A DNA stretch of 64,000 bases from an uncultured Elusimicrobia bacterium (lineage in GTDB: Bacteria; Elusimicrobiota; Elusimicrobia; 2-01-FULL-59-12), in the NCBI GenBank assembly GCA_964441955.1, contig CAYTWA010000004.1:149541-213540 (forward strand), written 5' to 3'. A model generated the notes under the pieces. That model saw nothing but the letters and a program-made list of their open reading frames with translations. It was not told the DNA's origin and did no database searches. Below, piece by piece: positions 50,578-58,721 of this stretch. The position numbers and the translations under genes were made by a program. The stretch's first letter is position 1. Every line of letters starts with the position of its first letter.

Positions 50578-52109
50578 ATACGTCCTACGACATCATCATC
50601 ATCGGCACTGGCCCCGGGGGCAGCACCATCGCCCATTCCTTGGCGCCCACCGGCAAGAAAATTTTGATTCTGGAACGCGGCGACTATCTTCAGCGCTCCA
50701 AAGACAATTGGGACCCGGAAGCCGTCTGGAAAAAAGCCGTCTACATGACCCAGGAGCGCTGGCTCACCGCCAACAACAAAGAATTCCACCCGCACATCAC
50801 CTACATGGTGGGCGGCCAAAGCAAAGTGTTCGGTGCGGCATTGGTACGCCTGCGCAAAGAAGATTTTGGCGAAATCGTTTACGAAGACGGGACGTCACCG
50901 GCCTGGCCGATTTCGTATGACGACATGGAGCCCTATTACAACGAAGCCGAGCGGCTTTATTACGTGCACGGCCAGCGCGGCGAAGACCCTACCGAGCCCC
51001 CCGCCTCCAAACCTTACGCGTACCCCAAGATGGCACACGAGGCACGCATGCGTGAAGTGGGCGAGCAGCTGCGTGGTTTGGGGTTAAAACCGTTTCACTT
51101 GCCCATCGGCATCAAACGCTTCGCAGACAATTTACCGAACAGCCCCTGTATCGCCTGCAACACCTGCGACGGCTTTCCCTGTCCGCTAAACGCCAAAGGT
51201 GATGCGGAACAATCGGCGCTGGTTCATGCGCTCGCGCACCCTAACGTGACGATGTTGACCGGTGCCAAAGCCGAGCAAATTGAAACCAACATCTCAGGCA
51301 CACGCGCCTCGGCCGTGGTCGTTCAGCATCAAGGCGAGAAGAAACGGTTTGAAGCGGGGACGATCATCGTCTCGGCCGGCGCGGTCAATTCGGCCATCTT
51401 GCTGCTCAAATCGATGAACCCCAAACACCCGCGCGGGTTGGGGAACTCCTCAGGGCTTCTCGGGCGCAACTACATGGCGCACAACAACTCGGCCATGCTG
51501 GCCATTCACCCGTTTAAGAAGAACCCCACGCAGTTCCAGAAAACCATCGGCATCAACGACTTCTATTTCGGCGGCCCGGGCGACCCGATTGGCCACATCT
51601 CGCTCCTAGGCAAAGCCACCGAAGGCATTTTGCGTACCGACCAGCCCTTGGCGCCGCGCTTTGTGCTGCGCTTCATGGCCGAACATTCCGTGGACTGGTG
51701 GTTCACCACGGAGGATCTGCCGCGAAAAGAAAACGGCGTTGAGCTGACCTCTGAAGGCCGCATCCGCTTGAACTACACGCCCAACAACACAAAGCCACAC
51801 GAGCGCCTCAAGAAAACCTTCACGAAGTATTTGTGGAAGGCCGGCTTCCGCGTGATGTTGTCCAAAACCATGCCGATCAACAAGGTGGCGCACCAAGTGG
51901 GAACCACCGTGATGGGCAAAGACCCGGCGAGCTCCGTCCTTAACACCGATTGCCGCACGCATGATTTGGAAAATCTCTACGTGGTGGACGGTGGTTTCTT
52001 CCCCAGTTCGGGTGCGCTCAACCCGGCGCTGACGATTGCCGCCAACGCCTTGCGTGTGGGCGACCGCATCAAAGCGTCGATGAGCTCTGAACGCCATGCA
52101 ACGGTTTAG
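50574..52109 (+). CDS. GMC-family FAD-dependent oxidoreductase
   Basis: The start is set at an ATGA overlap. 'YDIIIIGTGPGGSTIA' is the Rossmann FAD motif. The C-terminal 'HQVGTTVMG......VLN.DCRTHDLENLYVVDGGFFPSS' is the GMC signature. Confidence 0.85.
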   Translation: MNTSYDIIIIGTGPGGSTIAHSLAPTGKKILILERGDYLQRSKDNWDPEAVWKKAVYMTQERWLTANNKEFHPHITYMVGGQSKVFGAALVRLRKEDFGEIVYEDGTSPAWPISYDDMEPYYNEAERLYYVHGQRGEDPTEPPASKPYAYPKMAHEARMREVGEQLRGLGLKPFHLPIGIKRFADNLPNSPCIACNTCDGFPCPLNAKGDAEQSALVHALAHPNVTMLTGAKAEQIETNISGTRASAVVVQHQGEKKRFEAGTIIVSAGAVNSAILLLKSMNPKHPRGLGNSSGLLGRNYMAHNNSAMLAIHPFKKNPTQFQKTIGINDFYFGGPGDPIGHISLLGKATEGILRTDQPLAPRFVLRFMAEHSVDWWFTTEDLPRKENGVELTSEGRIRLNYTPNNTKPHERLKKTFTKYLWKAGFRVMLSKTMPINKVAHQVGTTVMGKDPASSVLNTDCRTHDLENLYVVDGGFFPSSGALNPALTIAANALRVGDRIKASMSSERHATV

Positions 52110-52950
52110 CCGCGTTCTTCTCGCGCTGGTTTTCTTCTCGGCGGCGTCTTCGGACGCCGCGCGGGTGGACCTGGTGTCCTTATCGGTCGGAAATCTGGAG
52201 AAGGCCGTTGATTTTTATAAGCGCGTGTTGGGGTTTCATCCGATTCGCGTCACAGCCGTGGAAGCCCGGCTTCGCCTGGGGGATGAAGTGATCGAGCTGC
52301 ATGCCTCTCCTAACGGAAAACCTTACCCACCCACGCGCTCAAACGATTTGTGGTTCCAGCATTTGGCGATCATCGTGTCCGATATGGATAAAGCCTTCGC
52401 CAAACTCAAAGAGAACCACGTGACCCTTTTGTCTGAGGAAGGCCCGCAGCGCATTCCCGATTGGAACAAGGGTGCCGGCGGCATCCGCGCGTGCTACTTC
52501 GCCGACCCCGATGGCCACCCGCTCGAAATGTTGTGGTTCCCGCCCGGAAAAGGCCAGATGAAATGGCAGCGCAAGGACGCCCTTTTCTTAGGCATCGATC
52601 ACACGGCGATCAGCATTTCTTCGACTGAAAAAAGTCTCGAGTTCTATGAAGGCAAGCTGGGGTTTAAGCGTCAGGGGTTCGGCGAAAATTACGGGCCGGA
52701 ACAGGAACGGTTGAATCATGTGCCCGGCGCGCATCTGCGGATCACCAGTGTCCGCGGTACAGGTGGCCCGGCCATCGAGTTTTTGGAATACCTCAAGCCC
52801 GGCCCGGGTCGTTCCTACCCCAAAGAAGCCACTTCTGGGGACTTGGTCTATACGCAAACGGTGGTGAGCGATGAACCCACGGCCTGCGGCGCGCCCCGGG
52901 ATTGTTCGCTTCGTGATCCCGACGGCCATGCCATCGAGGTACGCTTGTGA
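52096..52950 (+). CDS. Two-domain VOC (glyoxalase/bleomycin-resistance/dioxygenase) family protein with signal peptide
   Basis: 284 aa. 'LSVGNLEKAVDFYKRVLGF' and 'IDHTAISISSTEKSLEFYEGKLGF' are two VOC modules. It overlaps the GMC gene by 14 nt. Confidence 0.75.
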   Translation: MQRFSRVLLALVFFSAASSDAARVDLVSLSVGNLEKAVDFYKRVLGFHPIRVTAVEARLRLGDEVIELHASPNGKPYPPTRSNDLWFQHLAIIVSDMDKAFAKLKENHVTLLSEEGPQRIPDWNKGAGGIRACYFADPDGHPLEMLWFPPGKGQMKWQRKDALFLGIDHTAISISSTEKSLEFYEGKLGFKRQGFGENYGPEQERLNHVPGAHLRITSVRGTGGPAIEFLEYLKPGPGRSYPKEATSGDLVYTQTVVSDEPTACGAPRDCSLRDPDGHAIEVRL

Positions 52951-54797
52951 GCCGTCTCGACGCCTATCGCCTGAAGAACGCATCGCTGCGTTTTAAAGTG
53001 GCGTCCACACTGAGCCTTCTCGTCAGTCTAGCCGCGCTGGGCGTGGCCTGGAAGCTTTGTTTCACCTTGATTTCCTGGAACCGTTCGGGTTTCTCACGCA
53101 TGACCAGCGTAGGTGCCGATTTGTACGGCCTGGCCTGGGATCTCACCGGAATTTACGCGAGCTTGCTGCTCCTTCAAGCGGCCGGTTATGCCGGGCTGTA
53201 TTTTGCGGCACGTTCGCTCTTCCGGAAAGCGGCACTCCGGCGCCGGATGAAGTCGCTCATTCTTTTCGCCTCGAAAACATTCGTTGCGCTGCATTTTCTG
53301 GTTTGGCTCACGGTTCCTGTTTGGGATATGTCTCAAACCTTGGCCGGCCCAGTGGGATTGTTGTCTTCGTTGGGACTTACAGCGCTAACGCTTCCCGCGC
53401 TGGTTGAAATGTGGCTGTTTAAACGTTGGAAAGCAGCGGGTAAGAAACGGGTGGTGATCGTGGGTGGCGGTTTTGCCGGGCTCTATACCGTTCAGGGATT
53501 GGATCAAGCCTTAGGCTACCACGAAGACCTCGAGATCGTGCTCATCGACCAGAAAAATTTCTTCCTCTTTCCACCGCTTCTGCCCAGTGCCGCGGTAGGC
53601 ACCATCGAAACGCGCCAAGTCACCTACCCGTACCGCCGCATTTTCGAAATGACCAACATCGTCTACAAAAAAGCCACTGTGACGTCCGTAGACCCCCAAC
53701 GCCAAGTGGTTCGGATGCATGTTCATCTTGAAGGGGAAGAGAACCCCCTCTCCCCTTCGAGGGAGAGGGATGGGGTGAGGGGGATTATCGAGATGCCGTA
53801 CGATTATTTGGTTCTCGCCCCCGGTTCCACGACGCAAACGTTCAACACCCCGGGGGCCGAGGAGCATGCGTTGTTCGTGCGGGAGCTGGGTGACGCGATC
53901 AAAATCAGAAGCCGCATCATCGACTGCTTTGAACGCGCGGCGGTGGTGAGTGACGAAACGGTTCGAAGGGAGCTATTGTCATTTGCGGTTGTGGGCGGCG
54001 GTCCCACGGGCGTGGAAATCGCCACGGAAATTCAGGATTTGATTCAGGAAGTGCTGCTCAAACGCTATCCGGAAATCGACCTGGCCTTGCCCCAGGTCTC
54101 AATCATCCAGTCGGGCCCGCAAGTGCTGCCCGGCTGGCCGGAGAAAGTGGTGCGCCTTACAACGAAGCAGCTGCAGCATCTGGGAATTCGCCTGGTGCTC
54201 AATAACCGCGTCACGGCGATTGAATCCAATGCGGTGGTTCTCAAAGAGGGTGACCCGGTGGTGGCGCGAACGACACTCTGGTGTGCCGGGGTGAAACCCT
54301 CACCACTCTTAGCCGCCTGCGGCCTGCCGCTCGACAAGTCCGGCCGCGTACCCATCGACGCGTATCTGCGTCCACAAGGGTTTGAAAACGTGTTCGTGCT
54401 GGGCGACGCCGCCACGTGTTTGGACCACAAAACGCAAAAGCCGCTGCCGCCGCTCGGCCAAGTGGCGTTCCAGCAGGGCCCGCTGATGGCCGCCAACCTG
54501 GTGCGTTTGCTCCGCGGCGAGCCGCTCAAGCCGTTTCGTTACATTAATTTTGGGGCCTTGGTCTCGGTGGGGGAACATTTCGCCGCGGTCGACTTGCTAG
54601 GCGTCAAACTCTCCGGCTTCATCGGCTGGATCACCTGGCGCATGCTCTATCTGACGAAGATCGTCGGCATGTCCAACCGCATCCGAATCCTGATCGACTG
54701 GACACTAGATCTCTTTATCGAACGTTCGATCTCCCAACTTCAAGACTCCACCCACACCCCAGACCCCAAACCCGCCAACTTAATCGCGACTCCGTAG
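52947..54797 (+). CDS. ndh: Type II NADH dehydrogenase (NDH-2)-like flavoprotein with a ~170-aa N-terminal multi-TM extension
   Basis: GTGA overlap with the VOC gene. 'KKRVVIVGGGFAGLYT', 'YDYLVLAPGS' and 'FAVVGGGPTGVEIA' are followed by the C-terminal membrane-association region 'GFIGWITWRMLYLTKI'. Confidence 0.8.
   Translation: MSRLDAYRLKNASLRFKVASTLSLLVSLAALGVAWKLCFTLISWNRSGFSRMTSVGADLYGLAWDLTGIYASLLLLQAAGYAGLYFAARSLFRKAALRRRMKSLILFASKTFVALHFLVWLTVPVWDMSQTLAGPVGLLSSLGLTALTLPALVEMWLFKRWKAAGKKRVVIVGGGFAGLYTVQGLDQALGYHEDLEIVLIDQKNFFLFPPLLPSAAVGTIETRQVTYPYRRIFEMTNIVYKKATVTSVDPQRQVVRMHVHLEGEENPLSPSRERDGVRGIIEMPYDYLVLAPGSTTQTFNTPGAEEHALFVRELGDAIKIRSRIIDCFERAAVVSDETVRRELLSFAVVGGGPTGVEIATEIQDLIQEVLLKRYPEIDLALPQVSIIQSGPQVLPGWPEKVVRLTTKQLQHLGIRLVLNNRVTAIESNAVVLKEGDPVVARTTLWCAGVKPSPLLAACGLPLDKSGRVPIDAYLRPQGFENVFVLGDAATCLDHKTQKPLPPLGQVAFQQGPLMAANLVRLLRGEPLKPFRYINFGALVSVGEHFAAVDLLGVKLSGFIGWITWRMLYLTKIVGMSNRIRILIDWTLDLFIERSISQLQDSTHTPDPKPANLIATP
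53744..53783. repeat. GGGAGAGGG-type palindromic repeat lying in frame inside ndh
   Basis: CCCCCTCTCCCCttcgaGGGAGAGGGatggggtGAGGGGG. The stem CCCTCTCCC/GGGAGAGGG pairs 53746..53754 with 53761..53769. The outer stem CCCCCTC/GAGGGGG pairs 53744..53750 with 53777..53783. It is translated as NPLSPSRERDGVRG. Confidence 0.8.
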
Positions 54798-54800
54798 CAC

Positions 54801-54990
54801 GGCCGGTCTGGCGGGCCCGGCTTCCGTTATCGCTCCCGGACAACCCGGCCAAGAGCGAAGGACAGCCTGCGGAACTCCCCTCTTTCCTATTGAGGTGGAG
54901 GACGACGGTCAAACAGGTCCTCGGCAAGACGCGTCCTTCCCTCTTGGCCGCCGTCCGCTAATCACTCCAGCCGAACCCGCCAGCCCGGCC
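54801..54990 (-). repeat. Rod-like structured element, copy A (~190 nt); candidate ncRNA or structured recombination/transposition end
   Basis: The ends pair (GGCCGGTCTGGCGGGCCCGG ... CCGAACCCGCCAGCCCGGCC). The reverse complement aligns with 57483..57676 through four conserved blocks separated by helices with compensatory changes. The U-G wobble pattern favours the minus strand as the RNA sense. Confidence 0.6.
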
Positions 54991-55110
54991 TTCGTAAGCA
55001 AATGCTTTTGTTTCGTTACCCATATTCCAAGCTCCTTCAAGCCCCACTTAAAGCCGGCAACGACACTTACGCTGACCTCGAGCGCGAAACTCGCTGTTTT
55101 TGAAATCTAC

Positions 55111-55998
55111 TTATGCCGCCGCCAAGGCAAGAGAGGGAGAATTCACGATGTCCATTTCTCGAAGTATGGGAAACCAACGGCGAAGTGTGCGTAATATGAC
55201 ACGGTGCTGTTCGTAAGGATAGATTGACTGATTTTTTTGGTATGCAGCTTCTAGAATTTTAAGCACTAGGCTGTGCCGAGTTTCTGGTCTTAGGGCTAAA
55301 ACGCTTGCTAAAGATGTGAGATCCAGATTATCCAAACCCATTTCAGCGGCCGTGGTGAAAAGAAATTCGATCGTTTTCCATGGAGCGTTCTGTTTAAGCA
55401 AAAGACGCCCCAATTCTAAGACAGGCTCGCCAACAGACATGAGAGTATCAACGACCACTAATGCTCCTCTTGAGCCGGCAGACTCCTCGTGAAATTTAAA
55501 AAACTGTGTAACGCCTGTAAATGACATCGCATGGTCATGATCTCCTTTCGATGCAGCAAGCTGCATAGCGGCAAAGGCAGCTTTGGTCGAAAATCGAGAC
55601 ATGGCGGCCAACACGTCTCGAGCCCTGTTATAATCTCCTCGGTAAACACACCCTCGAACTATTTCATGACGAATATCATTCATTTGATCGCAGTGCATGC
55701 GGTGTGCTTGCTCCTCGCCCCAATACTCCACTGAAAACTTTTGATAAATAATGGGAAGGAGTGTTTCCGCTCTGGTGTCATCCCCCGTTGCGGTTAATTC
55801 AAAAGCGATGGCTCGAATGAAATGAGGTAAAAAACTGGAGTCACCCCTGTTTCGGTCAAGTCGGTTCAGCCATTGAAGTGCTTGATCATAAAGGGCATCC
55901 CTTAAGGTCATATACCCTCCGCCAACCCTAAGATTATGCTCCCGCATAGCCGGTAGAAACAAAAGCGCTGAAGCTTCCTGGCGATCATCTGCTGGCAT
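55111..55998 (-). CDS. Orphan all-helical protein (islet gene 3)
   Basis: 295-aa ORF in a visibly AT-rich islet. No signal peptide and no recognised domain. Confidence 0.45.
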   Translation of the reverse strand: MPADDRQEASALLFLPAMREHNLRVGGGYMTLRDALYDQALQWLNRLDRNRGDSSFLPHFIRAIAFELTATGDDTRAETLLPIIYQKFSVEYWGEEQAHRMHCDQMNDIRHEIVRGCVYRGDYNRARDVLAAMSRFSTKAAFAAMQLAASKGDHDHAMSFTGVTQFFKFHEESAGSRGALVVVDTLMSVGEPVLELGRLLLKQNAPWKTIEFLFTTAAEMGLDNLDLTSLASVLALRPETRHSLVLKILEAAYQKNQSIYPYEQHRVILRTLRRWFPILREMDIVNSPSLALAAA

Positions 55999-56004
55999 AC
56001 TCTC

Positions 56005-56652
56005 CTATATCTTCCAAGCCTTATTGAGAAGTCTCTGCGCCCGAGGGATATCGTTTTGTTTAGCAAAGCGCTGGGCCGCATGAACAAGCATTCTGGTAGA
56101 TTCTTTCCGGGGGAATCGCCCAATCCACTTTAGAACGCGCCTATAAAATCCATGCTGGGTGATAAGGTAGGAGGGAAGACCTTCATAATACCGGGGGAAA
56201 ATCAGGTTCCCATGCTCAATCTCTTCAAGGACCGAGAGTGCTTCGCGAGGTTTGGTTATATCCATCAATTGCTTTGCTACCACACAAAGAGCCATGCGAC
56301 GATCGTCCGGGTCGGGAGTCCATAGGGCAAAAGCGTGGAGTTCAGATTCCAGCTCAGGAATGTGAATCAATTTCTCAATGAAAAAGGAGATATGAAACTG
56401 GTTTCGGCGGGCATGAAAAACATCAATCAGTGCATCAGCCCGGGCGCGGTACATTTTAAGCAATCGAATGGAGCGGGGAATGTCTTGCGAGCCAAGCGCG
56501 AGGATATAGTTTTCTAAATAATACAGTTGTCTCTCCAAGGACTCTCGAGCATCCTCGAGAGAAAGTTTCGCGCGTGCGCTAACCTTGACGGCTAATGCAT
56601 TTTGTGTGTCGGGTTGAGGGGCTATTTGTAATGTGTAAGTACGAGGGTCCAA
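56005..56652 (-). CDS. Orphan all-helical protein (islet gene 2)
   Basis: 215-aa ORF, 6 nt upstream of islet gene 3. No recognised domain. Confidence 0.45.
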   Translation of the reverse strand: MDPRTYTLQIAPQPDTQNALAVKVSARAKLSLEDARESLERQLYYLENYILALGSQDIPRSIRLLKMYRARADALIDVFHARRNQFHISFFIEKLIHIPELESELHAFALWTPDPDDRRMALCVVAKQLMDITKPREALSVLEEIEHGNLIFPRYYEGLPSYLITQHGFYRRVLKWIGRFPRKESTRMLVHAAQRFAKQNDIPRAQRLLNKAWKI

Positions 56653-56676
56653 AATGATGGCTTCTGCGCGGTCCCG

Positions 56677-57288
56677 TTAAGAGGGATCCGAAGCCATTTC
56701 AACCACAACCGGATTAATGGAACGGGACATATCGCGGAGCGCCACTTCATTAAGAGTCCGCTGGTACGAAGATTGAAGAAGAGAAACGGCAGTTTTGAAA
56801 TTAGACGGGTGGAAAAGCAATTCGCCCGCTATTTTGGCCTGAAGGTGTAATGCTTCGGATAGCGCATAGGAGTTCTTGTCTTGCGCCGCTTCAGAAAACC
56901 TTCTTTCCGCATCATCGAATAAGAATTGGATTGATTTGCGATAAAGAGCCCTTGCTCTTTCAATTAATGGTGTAGGATCAACCGTCGTTAAAAAAAGAGC
57001 GCCTGCACCAAGTCTGGTGAATGTGTGATGGCTTTGATCTTGCAATACCCATCCTAAGAATACGCTTGAAATAACAATACCGCTTAAGACATGGATCGCT
57101 GTGCCTGCCGGTGCGGCAAGGGCCTGGTTCTGGCATAGGTTCTGCGGAAAATAGCGATACGTCTCGGGAGTTGCTGCTATGGTCCCTTTCGAGAAAGGCC
57201 CAATAAAAAGGAGGGGGATAATGATGAGCCTTAGTATTCGATGCATATATCTCAATCGTAAAGTCTTTCGCGGGATGAATAAATCCAT
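56677..57288 (-). CDS. Orphan membrane/secreted protein (islet gene 1)
   Basis: 203 aa. A signal anchor 'ILRLIIIPLLFIGPF' is followed by 'FPQNLCQNQALAAPAG' and a second hydrophobic helix. Confidence 0.45.
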   Translation of the reverse strand: MDLFIPRKTLRLRYMHRILRLIIIPLLFIGPFSKGTIAATPETYRYFPQNLCQNQALAAPAGTAIHVLSGIVISSVFLGWVLQDQSHHTFTRLGAGALFLTTVDPTPLIERARALYRKSIQFLFDDAERRFSEAAQDKNSYALSEALHLQAKIAGELLFHPSNFKTAVSLLQSSYQRTLNEVALRDMSRSINPVVVEMASDPS

Positions 57289-57438
57289 CCTTTGGCTTAT
57301 CCCTTGATCAAAAAGGCCTTGGCTTTATCCGGGTCTTTCAGGTTTTTGGTGTCTTCTCTGAAAAAGGTCAAGCGAATTTTTGGTGTCACCAGGACGAAAC
57401 GTAGTGAGGTTTTGGTGCCACAGCGAATGTCTTTGTTT

Positions 57439-57468
57439 CTTATCACCTACCACTTACCACGTACCACG
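57439..57468. repeat. Third copy of the TACCACG-type heptamer array, with no obvious inverted partner
   Basis: CTTATCACCTACCACTTACCACGTACCACG resembles the right arm of the batD repeat (25006..25035). It lies 15 nt before structured element B. Confidence 0.6.
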
Positions 57469-57482
57469 CCGTAGTCCCAGTA

Positions 57483-57676
57483 GGCCAGCCGGGGGGAGGG
57501 GGTGTGGAGTGCTTAGCGGCCGGCGCCTCAAGCGAGAGGGCGCGTCTTGCCGAGGACTGTTCGAATACCTTCCTTTTAACTTCAACAAGAAAGGGTGTGA
57601 GTTCCGCAGGCTGCCCTCTCGCTGGAGGCGGGTCGTCCGGACGCGATAACGGAACGCCCCCTCCCCCCGGGTGGCC
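57483..57676 (+). repeat. Rod-like structured element, copy B (~194 nt)
   Basis: Closing helix GGCCAGCCGGGGGGAGGGGG / CCCCCTCCCCCCGGGTGGCC pairs at 19 of 20 positions. The inner helix is CCTCAAGCGAGAGGGC / GCCCTCTCGCTGGAGG. The blocks GGAGTGCTTAGCGGCCGGCG, GCGCGTCTTGCCGAGGAC, GAGTTCCGCAGGCTG and GTCCGGACGCGATAACGGAA are shared with copy A. Confidence 0.6.
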
Positions 57677-57758
57677 GGGAGCGCCGTAAAAGCAGACCTG
57701 GCAAAAACCTATAATTTCTGATAGTTTCTGAATATCACACATTGTCCAAGGAGGACGT

Positions 57759-58022
57759 ATGTCGATTGCGCGTATTCGGGGGCGGGGGCAGGTCACGATT
57801 CCGGCGGCGTTTCGGAAACAACTTCACTTGGAAGACGATGCGGCGGTCAATATGATTTTGATTGGCCAAACCGTCATCATGGCTCCCTATGAAGCCAAAG
57901 GAGAGAAATTAGCGAAGAAATTCGAGCGCGAAGCCAAGAAGCGCTCGCTCACGTTGGACGATGTTCTCAAAGACTTAAAGCAAGTTCGCCGGGAGAACAA
58001 TCGCCAACGCTATGGCCTATAA
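57759..58022 (+). CDS. vapB: AbrB/SpoVT-fold antitoxin (VapB-like)
   Basis: 87 aa. 'IRGRGQVTIPAAFRKQLHLEDD' is a SpoVT/AbrB swapped-hairpin motif. A strong AAGGAGG SD is present. It overlaps the PIN gene by 11 nt. Confidence 0.8.
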   Translation: MSIARIRGRGQVTIPAAFRKQLHLEDDAAVNMILIGQTVIMAPYEAKGEKLAKKFEREAKKRSLTLDDVLKDLKQVRRENNRQRYGL

Positions 58023-58467
58023 GCGCTGGCGCCTCTTTTTGGATACCAGCGCCTTATTGGCTGGTCTTCTCTCCTCTAAAGGAGCCGCTCGTGGCGTTCT
58101 GGCTCTGGGGGAAATGGGGCTTGCCGAATTGCTGGTGTCCACCGATGTCTTGACGGAGGCTGACCGTAACATCGCCAAAAAATTCCCCACGCTTCTCGAT
58201 GACTACCGCTCTTTTATCCACCAAACGGCGCCCACGCTCGTAGAAGACCCCACACTCAAGGAAGTTAAGCAGGCCATTCCCTGGGTCGGCCAGGATGACG
58301 CGCCTATCCTGGCCGCGGCCCTCAAAAGCCAAGCCGACTATTTGCTGACCTGGAACACCCGCGATTTCATGACCCCCCGCATCCCCAAAGACATTCCCCT
58401 CAAGATTCGTACACCCGGCGGCTTTGTGGAAGACTGGACCGCCCATTTCAAAGACTGGCCCGTTTAA
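58012..58467 (+). CDS. vapC: PIN-domain toxin (VapC-like)
   Basis: 151 aa. 'LFLDTSALLAG', 'DDAPILAAALKSQADYLLTWNTRDF' provide the acidic PIN residues in the usual order. Confidence 0.8.
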   Translation: MAYKRWRLFLDTSALLAGLLSSKGAARGVLALGEMGLAELLVSTDVLTEADRNIAKKFPTLLDDYRSFIHQTAPTLVEDPTLKEVKQAIPWVGQDDAPILAAALKSQADYLLTWNTRDFMTPRIPKDIPLKIRTPGGFVEDWTAHFKDWPV

Positions 58468-58523
58468 AAGCCGTCGGCCTGTAATGGTGGGCCTCTTGCG
58501 CGCACTTACAGGTGGAGGTTTTT

Positions 58524-58721
58524 ATGAACAATTTAGAATCGGTCAATCGCCTGGTGCGGGTGTTGGTGGGGGTGGTTTTGGGGGGTGGGGGGATTTTGCT
58601 CTCGGACCTGACGGCGGCACAAAGCACCCTCGGCTGGGTACTTGGAGCCTCGGTGATGGGGGCTTGGGTGGGGATTCCTTTGGTGAATCGCATGTTGGTT
58701 GTTTCTCCGGTGCGGCGTTGA
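58524..58721 (+). CDS. Small two-TM membrane protein (weakly DUF2892/YgaP-like)
   Basis: 'MNNLESVNRLVRVLVGVVLGGGGILL...LGWVLGASVMGAWVGIPL'. The family assignment is weak because the usual C-terminal CP motif is absent. Confidence 0.3.
   Translation: MNNLESVNRLVRVLVGVVLGGGGILLSDLTAAQSTLGWVLGASVMGAWVGIPLVNRMLVVSPVRR

Noticed and set aside
54715-54927. ORFs 54715..54927 (-) and 57504..57689 (+) crossing the two structured elements. They give similar peptides (EGSSAGCPSLLAGLSGSDNGS versus KGVSSAGCPLAGGGSSGRDNGT).
   Set aside because: The peptide similarity follows from the DNA repeat. Differences between the copies are arranged to preserve base pairing of helices, not codons. The ORFs have no SD and are low-complexity. 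I treat the elements as nucleic-acid-level features.
57711-57716. TATAAT upstream of vapB as a defined promoter.
   Set aside because: There is no acceptable -35 or extended -10 at the proper spacing, and the region is AT-rich. It is plausible but not supportable as a feature without TSS data.
58424-58717. A 98-codon N-terminal extension of the DUF1223 ORF, overlapping the end of vapC.
   Set aside because: The extension is Gly-rich low-complexity sequence and overlaps another plausible small ORF in a different frame. The signal peptide and the conserved domain begin after 58718.
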